A stretch of 56,135 bases of DNA, taken from a virus. Taxonomy: Duplodnaviria; Caudoviricetes. Of the stretch, positions 16,883 to 26,558 are shown in pieces. The DNA is taken from IMG/VR virus record IMGVR_UViG_3300042922_000108, positions 1 to 56,135 of that record, one strand, 5' to 3'. The notes beneath the pieces were generated by a model. The model made no database searches. It saw nothing but the letters and a program-made list of their open reading frames with translations, and was not told the origin of the DNA. Positions within the stretch are counted from its first letter, which is position 1. Each line of letters begins with the position of its first letter. The translations under genes were made by a program, and so were the position numbers.

Positions 16883-19105
16883 ATGACCGAGTACCGCACA
16901 TTCCTTGAAAGTGTCTGGGGAGAACTGCAGGGACAGGTCTGCATTTCGCGCATGAACAATGACCAACTGAAGAACCACAAGTTCTTCTCTTGGCCGGAGC
17001 AGGCAGACGCGATCTGGGACTACGTTGACAAGTACAAGCACGAAGACGTGTACTTCCCTCCTGTACTCTTCAAGGCCAACAAGAGACAGCGTGTGCTCGC
17101 CAGTCAGTGCCAAGTTGTGTACGGTGACGCGGATACCTTCAACCTTGATGACGTGCGCTGTGAGCCGTCCATCATCGTCAGGACTTCCCCCAACAAGACT
17201 CACCTGTACTGGATGATTGAGGGCATGGATAATGCCCAGCTTGCCGAAACGCTCTCGCACTCTGTCTCAGTAGCACACCCCAAGGCGTCCACAGGCTTTG
17301 ATGACGGATGGAGCTGCACCAAGCTTCTGCGTGTTCCCGGCACCACGAACACCAAGTACGTAGGCGAGACGGGTGAGGTCTACACCGTTGAGGTGGAGTA
17401 CACCGGAGTGACCTACACACAGGAAGAGTTTGAAGGGTACTACCCTCCTGTTCCTGAGTACACCATCGACTTCAAGCCCTTCCCCGAAGAGGCTTTCCCG
17501 TCCTACGCTGAGGTTCTGGGCTCCCTGCCTGCAAGCACACGGCTGGAAGGCCTGCTACAGACGGCAGCGTTCCCGAAGAAGTCTGCTGGCTCAGAAGCCT
17601 TGTACGCGCTCTACGTTGAGCTGATGAACCTTGGCGCGACAGATGAGCAGGTCTACGTCATTGCAGAGCGCTCACCGCTGAACAAGTGGAAGCGTGACGG
17701 ACACAGGGATGCTGGAGAGCGTCTGTGGGCAGACATTCAGCGCGCTCGCGTGAAGGATGGCTCACCGATTGATGGTGACGAAGAAGAGGATGATGAAGAC
17801 ACCATCATCACCGTTGCTCCCAAGCCGAAGACCAAGGGCTTTGACTTCCTGAATGAGGGGGAGAAGGAATCCCTGCAGCGCACCTTCATTGATGACTACC
17901 TGACGTGGACTAAGAGCAAGACTGACGCACCGGAGGCCTACCACATTGCTGGCGCGTTCACTGTGCTTTCCACGGTGTTCTCCGATTTCGGTCACGCTGT
18001 GCCTCACTGGGGAGACGTGCCGCTGAACCTGTGGTTCATGGTGCTGGGCTCCACCACGCTTTCTCGTAAGTCCACCGCCAAGGGTTACATGCTGAAGTGC
18101 ATCGAAGCCCTCGAGGGTGAGAACTTCAACTATGACTTGGGCTCCAAGTTCACGGCTGAAGGTCTGGATGAGGCTCTGCGTTCCAATGCCAACCGTTCCG
18201 CTCTGCTCCACATTGATGAGATTCAGGGCTTGATGAAGCAGCTTGACAGCAAGGCCTACCTTGCTGGCATCAAGGGCGAACTCACGGAAATCTACGATGG
18301 CAAGGTCACAGGCAAGCTGCGTGCTTCCGGTGAAGAGAAGGATAAGAAGCGCAAGGGTGCTCGCGTGGCGCTCAACCTGTTCGCAATGGGTATCCGTGAC
18401 CAGCTCGCGGACTACCTGACCGAAGATGACTTCCAGTCAGGCTTCCTGACGCGATTCATCTACGTGTCCGCCAAGCCGCTGCAGCGCACCGCTGAGACTG
18501 ACTACATCGGTCAGCAGGATAAGACAGAGCGCACCAAGGGCGATCCTGCCTTCCTGAACCTCATTGAGAAGCTGAAGGAAGCGCGTGACGTTTGGTCAGG
18601 GTGGAACGATCCTACAGAGCGCACCATTGCAGTGCCAATGAATGTGGAAGCACACGAGCGCTTCAACGCTTTCGTCACGGCTGCTATCGACGCTGCACAG
18701 GCTCAGTCCAAGGCCACGATCCTTGAGGCTGCTACCAACCGTCTGTCTACGTCCATCCTGAAGGCCGCTACGCTGCTGGCAATGGCTGACATGTGTGATG
18801 AGGTTGAGCTTCACCACATGCTGGCTGCTATCAACTACTGCGGTCAGTGGTTTGAGCACCTTGTGGAAATGACCAAGCGGATTTCTGAGAGCAACTGGAA
18901 GCGCCGTCAAGACAAGCTGATGGAAGCCGTGTTTGCCAAGGGTGGTGAAATCTCGTGGGCATCTGCCTACCGCCACTTCAACGCTGAGCTGAAGGCGCGT
19001 GAGTTCACGGAGCTGGTGCAGTCTCTCGAAGAGGCAGGCCTGCTCATCATGTCCAAGAATAAGAAGACCAAGACGCTGGTAGCCGTAATGGAAGGAACTG
19101 TCTAA
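16883..19105 (+). CDS. DNA primase/polymerase (RepB-like) fused to P-loop helicase
   Basis: DAD, TSP..H.YW, LLRVPGT.N.KY; C-terminal RKST, DE, GFLTRF. Confidence 0.85.
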   Translation: MTEYRTFLESVWGELQGQVCISRMNNDQLKNHKFFSWPEQADAIWDYVDKYKHEDVYFPPVLFKANKRQRVLASQCQVVYGDADTFNLDDVRCEPSIIVRTSPNKTHLYWMIEGMDNAQLAETLSHSVSVAHPKASTGFDDGWSCTKLLRVPGTTNTKYVGETGEVYTVEVEYTGVTYTQEEFEGYYPPVPEYTIDFKPFPEEAFPSYAEVLGSLPASTRLEGLLQTAAFPKKSAGSEALYALYVELMNLGATDEQVYVIAERSPLNKWKRDGHRDAGERLWADIQRARVKDGSPIDGDEEEDDEDTIITVAPKPKTKGFDFLNEGEKESLQRTFIDDYLTWTKSKTDAPEAYHIAGAFTVLSTVFSDFGHAVPHWGDVPLNLWFMVLGSTTLSRKSTAKGYMLKCIEALEGENFNYDLGSKFTAEGLDEALRSNANRSALLHIDEIQGLMKQLDSKAYLAGIKGELTEIYDGKVTGKLRASGEEKDKKRKGARVALNLFAMGIRDQLADYLTEDDFQSGFLTRFIYVSAKPLQRTAETDYIGQQDKTERTKGDPAFLNLIEKLKEARDVWSGWNDPTERTIAVPMNVEAHERFNAFVTAAIDAAQAQSKATILEAATNRLSTSILKAATLLAMADMCDEVELHHMLAAINYCGQWFEHLVEMTKRISESNWKRRQDKLMEAVFAKGGEISWASAYRHFNAELKAREFTELVQSLEEAGLLIMSKNKKTKTLVAVMEGTV

Positions 19106-19642
19106 GTGGAAGATCAGAAACTTGAAGCCCTGACTCAGGCAGAATTCTACTGGCGCAAGGCGTTCTACGCTGACAACCTGACCAAGCTTGCCTATGCTCA
19201 GGACTTGAACAAGTACGGTGCCTTCAGCCTGTCCCAGCTCGCAAAGGTGGTCCGTACCCACTCATCCTCACTCGCGCGTGAAGGCATCATTGGCGGTGTG
19301 CGAGGTGGACGCTTTGAGCCGGAAACCTTGTCTACTCTGATCCAGTTGCGTAAGCTCAAGATGAAGGATGACAGAATCCCCACAGCCTTGATTGAAACGG
19401 CTCTGGAGGGCGGCACGTCTTGGTCATGTGCTGCCTACCTCACTGGAATAGCGTACTCTAGCTACTACAAGCAGGGTGGGGAATCCACGAGCACAATCCG
19501 CGCAACGCCTTTGAAGCCCACGGAGAAGCAGGCAATCGTCATTGCTATGCGTGCCAACGCTGATCCTCACTTACTTGCACAGCAGTACAAAATCACAACC
19601 GCCTACGTTATGGAGATACACAGGGCACATGGAAACGTCTAA
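19106..19642 (+). CDS. HTH DNA-binding protein
   Basis: FSLSQLAKVV and C-terminal LAQQYKIT..YV.EI helices. Confidence 0.6.
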   Translation: MEDQKLEALTQAEFYWRKAFYADNLTKLAYAQDLNKYGAFSLSQLAKVVRTHSSSLAREGIIGGVRGGRFEPETLSTLIQLRKLKMKDDRIPTALIETALEGGTSWSCAAYLTGIAYSSYYKQGGESTSTIRATPLKPTEKQAIVIAMRANADPHLLAQQYKITTAYVMEIHRAHGNV

Positions 19643-19787
19643 GGTCTACATTCACAAGAATCCCGAAGGTCTGTGGGAGGTGGGAGTTGTCATTGTCGTC
19701 AACGGCGAAGAAACCTACCTCAACAAGCATGAAGCCAGCTCATGGGATGAAGCAGGGGAGTGGGTGAAGGCTAACTACGTTGCGTAG
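19629..19787 (+). CDS. Hypothetical protein
   Basis: Overlapping coupled small ORF. Confidence 0.6.
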   Translation: METSKVYIHKNPEGLWEVGVVIVVNGEETYLNKHEASSWDEAGEWVKANYVA

Positions 19788-21933
19788 CTACATTTACAGC
19801 TCCACACCGATGGAGCAGGAGCACATGGCCCTCCTGAAAAAGGCTAAAGAGCAGTCAGGCATCACGGAGCCCATCGACTTCATGCCACTGCCTGATGAGC
19901 CATTCAAAAACGTCCCAGTGCTTGCGCTGGGGCGTTTGACTCGTGAGGTCCGGTGCCGTGTCATCAATGCACCGTCTCCCGGCTCGCTGATGACCAAGGC
20001 TGACTCCCTGACGCGCATGACAGACGCGCTCAAGCTGCTGGTGAACGGTCCACAGCTCCCTGAAATGAACTACGTGGTGGAAGAGCGCATTGACTGGCTC
20101 TGCGGCATCCTACGGAACACTCACGGCAAAAAGGTCGCGTTCGATATCGAAACGTCCGGTGATGTGAAGTGGGATATCCCTGCTTACGATCAAGTCATTT
20201 CGGTGGCTATCTGGGGCGGCACTGGTCCCGTCATGGTCATCCCCGAGCACATGCTCAGGAACGATCTGATTGAGCGCGCCCTCAACAAGTTCCTACGGCG
20301 CAACAAGATCATCACCGCCAACGGCAAGTTTGACCTGTCCTACTTTGAGCCTGACCTTGTGAACTGGTTCGATATCATGCTGGCTCACTACGCCCTGTTC
20401 CCGGCAGGGAGCACACACGGCCTGAAGGACTTGGCTGACCAGTATTTCGGCTCTGGTGACTGGGATGAAGCCAACAAGCAGTACACGGTAGCCAAGACGT
20501 ACAAGGAAGCCGGTTCCCGCGAAGACGGGGCTTGGTGGAGCGCTCGCAAGTACAGCGGCGGCTCTGGCTACGAACGTATCCCGCGCGCAATGCTGTACGA
20601 GTACAACGCCTTTGACGTGTTCTACACGTGGTTCCTGTACGAGCTGTTTGAGGATTACCTTGCGGAAGACCCAGAGTCCCGCATGGCCTTTGACTGGCTG
20701 CTGGAGCTGGACAATGACCTGTTCCGTGGTGTGGAGCGCCGTGGTATCCGGCTGAATGTCGAGTACCTGAAGCAGCTCGAGGAAGAGATGACTGCTGAGC
20801 TGTTTGAGGCTGAGCAGGAGTTGAACCGCATTGCTGGGCAGGTCATCAATCCGCGCTCTCCCATACAGGTGAAGGACTGGCTGCACAGCCGTAAGAAGCG
20901 TGTCAAGGGCACCGGCAAGGCTGTCATTGAGAAGCTGATGAAGAGTGACCGGACTTCTGATGAGGTCAAGGACTTCTGCAGAGCATTCACCAAGTGCCGG
21001 TTCATCAGCAAGCAGCTTGGCACTTACGTCACGGGCTTCCTGAAGCATTGCCACGGTGACATGGTGTACCCCGGCTACAAGCTGCACGCGGCCTCTACAG
21101 GCCGTCTGGGAGGCTCTGGAGCGTCCATGCTCACAATCCCCCGCGACAAGCGTTTGAAGGCTATGGTGCTGCCTTCCGTGGACGGTCACGTGGTAGTGAC
21201 AGCCGATATGTCTCAGGCTGAGCTACGTGTGATGGCTATGGAGTCCGGTGACCCTTGGTTGATTGCAGCCTTCCAGCCTGACGCTGGCGATATCTTTGAT
21301 ATCCTCCTGCAGTCTGCAATGCCTCAGTACGACTGGGCAGAGCTACACGCTCGAGCTGATGACGGTGACGATCCGGGGCAGTTCTACGGTACGTGGCGCG
21401 CTCGCATGAAGGGCGTTGTGTACGGTGTGTCCTTTGGCCGTGGTGTGGCTGCTATCGCTGCAGCGCTTGAGGTTGAGAAGCACATTGCTCAAACGCTGGT
21501 AGACGGTTTCGTGCGTCCGGGCAGCAAGTTTGCTCAGTGGCGGGAAGAGATAGAAACCAAGGCTCTGACTGGTCAGGCCATCGTGACCAAGTTTGGGCGG
21601 CACTTCCAGTCGGAAATCATCACCGAGTACAACGCTCACGAGGTGACGAACTCTGCGCTGAGCTTCACGTCGCAGTCCACAGCCAACGATATCTGTCTGA
21701 AGGCGGCTGTGTGGCTGAATCCCCAGCTCGAGCAGTACGGCGCGTGGCTCATGGGTACCATCCATGACGCTATCTACGTGACCTGCCCTGAAGAACACAA
21801 GGTGACCGTGGGCAAGCTCATTGCTGAGGCTCTGAAGAGGGCAGGACGGGATGCCTACGGCGATACGGTTCCGTTCGCTGCTGACGCTGGCTATGGACCC
21901 AACCTTGCGAAAATCGAGAAACTTGCCGCATGA
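19780..21933 (+). CDS. polA: DNA polymerase, family A, with 3'-5' exonuclease
   Basis: DIET, NGKFD, YNAFD exo motifs; TGRL, DMSQAELR, RxxxKxxxYG, HD. Confidence 0.95.
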   Translation: MRSYIYSSTPMEQEHMALLKKAKEQSGITEPIDFMPLPDEPFKNVPVLALGRLTREVRCRVINAPSPGSLMTKADSLTRMTDALKLLVNGPQLPEMNYVVEERIDWLCGILRNTHGKKVAFDIETSGDVKWDIPAYDQVISVAIWGGTGPVMVIPEHMLRNDLIERALNKFLRRNKIITANGKFDLSYFEPDLVNWFDIMLAHYALFPAGSTHGLKDLADQYFGSGDWDEANKQYTVAKTYKEAGSREDGAWWSARKYSGGSGYERIPRAMLYEYNAFDVFYTWFLYELFEDYLAEDPESRMAFDWLLELDNDLFRGVERRGIRLNVEYLKQLEEEMTAELFEAEQELNRIAGQVINPRSPIQVKDWLHSRKKRVKGTGKAVIEKLMKSDRTSDEVKDFCRAFTKCRFISKQLGTYVTGFLKHCHGDMVYPGYKLHAASTGRLGGSGASMLTIPRDKRLKAMVLPSVDGHVVVTADMSQAELRVMAMESGDPWLIAAFQPDAGDIFDILLQSAMPQYDWAELHARADDGDDPGQFYGTWRARMKGVVYGVSFGRGVAAIAAALEVEKHIAQTLVDGFVRPGSKFAQWREEIETKALTGQAIVTKFGRHFQSEIITEYNAHEVTNSALSFTSQSTANDICLKAAVWLNPQLEQYGAWLMGTIHDAIYVTCPEEHKVTVGKLIAEALKRAGRDAYGDTVPFAADAGYGPNLAKIEKLAA

Positions 21934-22397
21934 TCTGGATTCTTAGATTTTGGGCGAAGGTTGACTACTCAGGTGATTGCTGGTTGTGGCCTGATGCTCT
22001 TACGGAGGGTTACGGCATGTTCAGCCGTGACAACAAGCAACATCTTGCCCATCGTATAGCGTATGAGCAAACTTACGGTGAGATACCAAAGGGGTTGATG
22101 GTGGATCACATGTGTCACACAAGGCATTGTGTAAGGCCTGACCACCTACGCGCTGTAACCCATAAGCAAAATCAAGAGAATCGGAAAGGTAATCAGAAGA
22201 ACAACACTTCCGGTTATCGCGGTGTGTGGCTACACAAACCGTCTGGCCGGTGGATAGCACGTGTGAAACATCACGGTAAGGTGCACCACTTAGGACAGTT
22301 TGACGATGTACATGAAGCAGGTAAGGTTGCTGCAGAGGCTCGTGAAGCATTATTCACCTCAAATCCGTTGAAAGGTGTTGACAAGCTAGTTGCCTAG
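21930..22397 (+). CDS. HNH endonuclease with AP2 domain
   Basis: AHR..Y, DHMCHTRHCVRPDHL, NTSGYRGV...W.A....LG.F. Confidence 0.9.
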   Translation: MIWILRFWAKVDYSGDCWLWPDALTEGYGMFSRDNKQHLAHRIAYEQTYGEIPKGLMVDHMCHTRHCVRPDHLRAVTHKQNQENRKGNQKNNTSGYRGVWLHKPSGRWIARVKHHGKVHHLGQFDDVHEAGKVAAEAREALFTSNPLKGVDKLVA

Positions 22398-22402
22398 CTG
22401 GA

Positions 22403-22445
22403 ATAGTAGGGGTATCGGCCAAGAGGCCGGTACCCCTATTGTTTT
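22403..22445 (+). terminator. Intrinsic terminator
   Basis: 18-bp stem ATAGTAGGGGTATCGGCC/GGCCGGTACCCCTATTGT plus T-run. Confidence 0.75.
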
Positions 22446-22456
22446 GGAGATAGAAA

Positions 22457-22822
22457 ATGCGTCACACGGAACTTCCTGAAGAGATTTCAGACTTTTTCCC
22501 TCTTATCAGTGCTCAGGAGAAGATGGATGCCTTCTGGGAGCTGATCGAGAACCACTATGAGGAAGAGTGGCGAGTAGAAATCAGCGGTGCTGTCTCCCTG
22601 CTGGTCGATGACCACATGCTGGAGCGTGTGCTTCACGACAATGTTGCCGTTGCGTGGTTCAAGTTCGGCAGCAACTTGGGCGGCTGGGATGAGAATGACC
22701 GCCGCTACTTCACCAGCCGTCCTGAATGGCTCAAGGGACTCTGGAGCATTGAGGGCATCTACAACGACAAGCAGGCCTACGTTGGCGGGGAACGTACCTA
22801 CCACTTTGAGCCGGAGGCCTAG
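22457..22822 (+). CDS. Hypothetical protein
   Basis: GGAG RBS, ATG. Confidence 0.7.
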   Translation: MRHTELPEEISDFFPLISAQEKMDAFWELIENHYEEEWRVEISGAVSLLVDDHMLERVLHDNVAVAWFKFGSNLGGWDENDRRYFTSRPEWLKGLWSIEGIYNDKQAYVGGERTYHFEPEA

Positions 22823-22829
22823 AACTCCC

Positions 22830-23030
22830 TTGCTCTGCACAAAACGGTCTCTAATTTCAAAAAGCGAAGCCAAGGCAATGCTAAAGAGTACGCTGGAGTC
22901 TCCTAGCAATGCTAGAAAGGAATGCCGGTTCTACAAATGCGAAAAGTGCAACACTTTCCACCTGACTTCAATGCCGCTCGAGAGGTATCTTGCGGAAAAG
23001 GAAAACACCACCGGAGCGGATATTTCCTGA
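22830..23030 (+). CDS. Small Zn-finger protein
   Basis: YKCEKCNTFHLTS motif; GGAGG RBS before TTG. Confidence 0.65.
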   Translation: MLCTKRSLISKSEAKAMLKSTLESPSNARKECRFYKCEKCNTFHLTSMPLERYLAEKENTTGADIS

Positions 23031-23033
23031 ACC

Positions 23034-23363
23034 GTGAGTGAAGTCTGTGCAAATAACCATGTAAGAACTGAACAGAACACCAGCCTTGTCAAATGCGGCA
23101 GAGGTGAGAAGCGCAAGCGCGTGTGCTTGGACTGCCGGAATGAGGCGCGTAGGAGTGGTAAACCTGCAGCACATGAGCTGCAGAAGCAGCGTACTGACAA
23201 CCTGCATGAGGATATCGAAGACCTCTTGAGGTTCGGTGCCACATTCGAGGAAATCTTGAACCGTGGAGGTTTCAGTACGTGGAAGAGTATGAAGTCTTCA
23301 CTGAAACGACGTGAAAGGTTTGATCTTATCGAAAAACTGGAACTGAAAAAGGAAAACGTTTGA
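23034..23363 (+). CDS. Zn-module plus helical (HTH-like) protein
   Basis: CANNH...NT...CLDCR module like HNH C-terminal domain, no nuclease core. Confidence 0.6.
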   Translation: MSEVCANNHVRTEQNTSLVKCGRGEKRKRVCLDCRNEARRSGKPAAHELQKQRTDNLHEDIEDLLRFGATFEEILNRGGFSTWKSMKSSLKRRERFDLIEKLELKKENV

Positions 23364-23854
23364 GAATCTTAGGTATTGATCCGGGTCTTGCTACCGGAAT
23401 GGCTATCTACGATACGGACACTCTGAGCTTTGTTCGTATGGATGAGACACCACAGGGGATTTACGGCTTCAAGCCTGTCTACAAGGCTTTCATGGGGACG
23501 GCTTTCAGCAATCCGTTTGGGATAACCCATGTGACTTGTGAGAACTTCACCTTGCGGAGCAGCAATAAGTTCACCGCTGACCTTCACGGTGTGGAGATTA
23601 TCGGCTGGATGAAGGGCGAGAATGAGTGGGGAGCCAACGCAAACCCTGAGCCCTCTCAGCACATGAAGCTGACAAAGCTGGGTACGAAGGACAACAAAGG
23701 AAAGTCAGTTGTGACCAAACTGATGAAGGCTCAAGGCTTCAAGGTCGGTAAAGGTCACACTCGAATGGCAGGCAGCGTAGCTCTCTGGTACGCTGCTATG
23801 AGGCTGAAGCACATGCCGACGCTTGAACTGCTCAAACCAAAGGAAAACAACTAA
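23360..23854 (+). CDS. RuvC-like Holliday junction resolvase
   Basis: ILGIDPG..TG, CENF. Confidence 0.75.
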   Translation: MRILGIDPGLATGMAIYDTDTLSFVRMDETPQGIYGFKPVYKAFMGTAFSNPFGITHVTCENFTLRSSNKFTADLHGVEIIGWMKGENEWGANANPEPSQHMKLTKLGTKDNKGKSVVTKLMKAQGFKVGKGHTRMAGSVALWYAAMRLKHMPTLELLKPKENN

Positions 23855-24091
23855 GTGTCTCGTCAGATTGACAAGCTTCCCGAACACACCTACATGGTGG
23901 TAGTCGAATTCGAGCCCAAGTGGTTGGAGGGGCAGACTATCAAGAGGTATCATGGCCCGTACTCGACGTTGGGTGCAGCCAAGGGGAAGCGTACCACCGA
24001 AATCAACCACGGCAGCTACTATGCCAAAGACCCAAACAATGTCTATATCCTGAAATCACCTGCTGGGGAGTGGGAGAAGGTAGAACTGTGA
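23855..24091 (+). CDS. Hypothetical protein
   Basis: GPYST.GAAKG pattern; RBS. Confidence 0.65.
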   Translation: MSRQIDKLPEHTYMVVVEFEPKWLEGQTIKRYHGPYSTLGAAKGKRTTEINHGSYYAKDPNNVYILKSPAGEWEKVEL

Positions 24092-24321
24092 CTATTACGA
24101 AGGAAACGCTCATCTGCGCCAAGTGCGGGAGCGAGCATGATTCTGTTCCAGAGGAACGTACCGATATCTGGAACGGAGTAGAACAGCGCGGAGTGTGGGC
24201 AGGAGACTTCACCTACGTCCGTGACTTCTACAAAGGCGAGTACGCGATACTCTGCCGGAAGCATGACCGAGACAGCATCAGCAAGACAAGCGTGAAGGAT
24301 CTTTACAACAGTGGCCTCTGA
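24088..24321 (+). CDS. Hypothetical Zn-binding protein
   Basis: GTGA overlap; CxxC...CxxH. Confidence 0.6.
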   Translation: MTITKETLICAKCGSEHDSVPEERTDIWNGVEQRGVWAGDFTYVRDFYKGEYAILCRKHDRDSISKTSVKDLYNSGL

Positions 24322-24790
24322 GTTCAAAATCGGTGACAAGGTTCGCTTCAATGACACCAAGCATCCAAGGTGGGTAGGTCAGGAGGGCGAAATCCTAGAA
24401 CTACATGTAGGTGAAGGTGTTACATACCGAATCACGAAGGCTGCTCCTACAGACCTTGGGCCACAGTGGAATACTGTAGGTAAAACCGTCCACAACGGTT
24501 TAGACCAAGTTGAGAAGATTCTTCCGCTGCCTGTAGGTAAGGCTAAGGGTGGACTCACCAACGAAGCGGTTGAGCATCCAGCACACTACGGTGGTGCTGA
24601 CAATCCTTACGAGGTCATCAAGGTTGCCGAAGCGTGGGGCTTGGACAAAGACGCTTACCTGTTCAACGTCCTGAAGTACATCGGACGGAACGGTAAGAAG
24701 GACGGTAACCCGCCGCTGCAGGACTTGAAGAAGGGTCTGTTCTATTACCAGCGCCGCATCAAGCAGTTGGAGGAAGAACAGAGTGCCTGA
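24311..24790 (+). CDS. KOW/SH3-like module fused to DUF3310-like domain
   Basis: FKIGDKVRF N-terminus; VEHPAHY...NVLKYI.R.GKK...DLKK..Y. Confidence 0.8.
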   Translation: MASEFKIGDKVRFNDTKHPRWVGQEGEILELHVGEGVTYRITKAAPTDLGPQWNTVGKTVHNGLDQVEKILPLPVGKAKGGLTNEAVEHPAHYGGADNPYEVIKVAEAWGLDKDAYLFNVLKYIGRNGKKDGNPPLQDLKKGLFYYQRRIKQLEEEQSA

Positions 24791-24869
24791 GTGGTTGCAG
24801 TGGATCATGCTTACCTTGCTGTGGGGAGCTATCATCGTCTTCCTGTGGCGGACTGACAAGGCAAGGTAA
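24783..24869 (+). CDS. 28-aa single-TM peptide
   Basis: MPEWLQWIMLTLLWGAIIVFLWRTDKAR; GGAGG RBS. Confidence 0.55.
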   Translation: MPEWLQWIMLTLLWGAIIVFLWRTDKAR

Positions 24870-24895
24870 ACTAGAAGAGGAAGGAGGTTCTTCTA

Positions 24896-24970
24896 GTGAC
24901 TGTTGAAAGAGCAATCGTTATCGGTATTCTTGTCATTGTCCTTGTTTTCGTAGCTACCGCCCTCCTGTAA
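24896..24970 (+). CDS. 24-aa single-TM peptide
   Basis: MTVERAIVIGILVIVLVFVATALL; AAGGAGGT RBS; followed by terminator. Confidence 0.6.
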   Translation: MTVERAIVIGILVIVLVFVATALL

Positions 24971-24976
24971 CAAAAC

Positions 24977-25015
24977 GAAAGACCAGCCTCGGAGTAGTGA
25001 GGCTGGTCTTTCTTT
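24977..25015. terminator. Terminator at convergence of the two arms
   Basis: GAAAGACCAGCCTC/GAGGCTGGTCTTTC. Confidence 0.8.
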
Positions 25016-25280
25016 GTCTTCAAGCACATGAGCACAATGCGCTAAAGTACGTTTTTTACTTGTGTGTAAGCTCAAAGGTTATTTTCTATGTTCAATACTC
25101 TTACTCTCTCTAATATAAATAATATATAAGAAAGAGAGTGAGAACACTTGAAAAAACTACCCTTGCTTTGGTGGACACCCTGCACACGGTGGGAAGCTGT
25201 ACTGCAGTGTCTCAATGAAGGCACCAGCCTCAGCGCTGTACTCAACTGGTTCTAGGACAACACTGAGGTCTGGGCCGGTC

Positions 25281-25604
25281 TTAGAGTCCGGTGACTGTGG
25301 CGCGGTGGTCTGGGCCATCCGGCACCCTATCCAGAGTGTTCACGGTCAACACCGGCTGAAGCTGTGTGCTCTTGTCGATGTTGCTGGGAGTGACCTTCAG
25401 ACGCAGCAGGAAGCTCGCCAGCGAAGTCAAAACCGATTTCCCGATGAGTATGCCGAACGTCGTCCAAAAGGCAGCAGAACTGATATCAGCGGTTGTCAGG
25501 AGGTCCGTCAGGCCAAGCCCGATCATTGCAGCAGCGTCTACACCAATGGCGGTGTAGAACGTGCGCCACGCCCTTACGAGAGCGTCCAGAGTCTTCTGGT
25601 TCAC
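25281..25604 (-). CDS. Holin
   Basis: RAWRTF motif, two hydrophobic segments, follows endolysin. Confidence 0.75.
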   Translation of the reverse strand: MNQKTLDALVRAWRTFYTAIGVDAAAMIGLGLTDLLTTADISSAAFWTTFGILIGKSVLTSLASFLLRLKVTPSNIDKSTQLQPVLTVNTLDRVPDGPDHRATVTGL

Positions 25605-26558
25605 TTAGGCTCCTTCCTCTACGCTGATGCCAACCTTGACGGTACCCAACTTCTCCAGAAACGCCGCGTAAGCGGCTTCTGCGGCACCAGCGGCATCCTC
25701 AGCCGGAGCAGCCTTTACAGCGTCCACAATGGCCCTTGCAGCGTCAGCCACAGTGCGCCGAGAGGCTGTGTGCTGGAAGTCGTTGTAGGTGACCAGCGTT
25801 TCAAGCGTGGTCTTTGCGTCCCCAACCTGAGCAGTCTCAGGATCGGCGTAGCCAACCTGCTTACCGAAGACAGCGTTAGCCGTGTCCGTGGGCAGTTCGC
25901 CCTTCAGCCGGTCAAAGACGTGGTTCATAACGCCCTCGAGAGAGCTGATGATGTGCTGAGCTTCTGCTGCAGACAATTCGTCCTCCTGTGTGATTCCTTC
26001 TAGAATTCCCTTGGTGTACCGGAAAAACTTCTCCCAGTCGAAATTGACACCCGGATCAGAGCGGCTGATACCGGAGTCGCCGTGTGCACAGAAGCCGGGA
26101 ACTCGAGCCCTAGCCTGTGCACCGGAAATGCGTACCAGTGGTACGGTGATGCCGTAATTGGTCTTCATGTACGTCACGAACTCAGCGGCGGACGCTGCCA
26201 TGTTCCAGTACACGCGGTCTTCACGGTCTGCTGGCATGTTCCGCCAGTCAGAAGTACGCAGAGCTGCAGAGATACCTACAGCCCAGTTGTTCGTCTCAGT
26301 GTCCTGCCAAGCCTCGTACTCCCAAGGGAGCATACGGATAAGGCTGTCAGAGTCCACCAGACGGTGGTAACTGCCCCAGTCCGCGCGCTCTGCAATGAAC
26401 TTTGCACAAAGCTCAGCGGAGAGGTCTTCCCCAACATCGTCACGAGCACACTCAGCGGTGTGGATGATCGCGGTGCCTGACAGCTTTGCCCCACCCCTAC
26501 GGGGGAAGGTGTACTGTGCGGTACCGGGATCGTAGTCAAGCAGGTAGTATTCACCCAT
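25605..26558 (-). CDS. Endolysin, N-acetylmuramoyl-L-alanine amidase (Amidase_2)
   Basis: IIHTAE, SYH, AHGD..SDPG Zn-amidase motifs. Confidence 0.85.
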   Translation of the reverse strand: MGEYYLLDYDPGTAQYTFPRRGGAKLSGTAIIHTAECARDDVGEDLSAELCAKFIAERADWGSYHRLVDSDSLIRMLPWEYEAWQDTETNNWAVGISAALRTSDWRNMPADREDRVYWNMAASAAEFVTYMKTNYGITVPLVRISGAQARARVPGFCAHGDSGISRSDPGVNFDWEKFFRYTKGILEGITQEDELSAAEAQHIISSLEGVMNHVFDRLKGELPTDTANAVFGKQVGYADPETAQVGDAKTTLETLVTYNDFQHTASRRTVADAARAIVDAVKAAPAEDAAGAAEAAYAAFLEKLGTVKVGISVEEGA

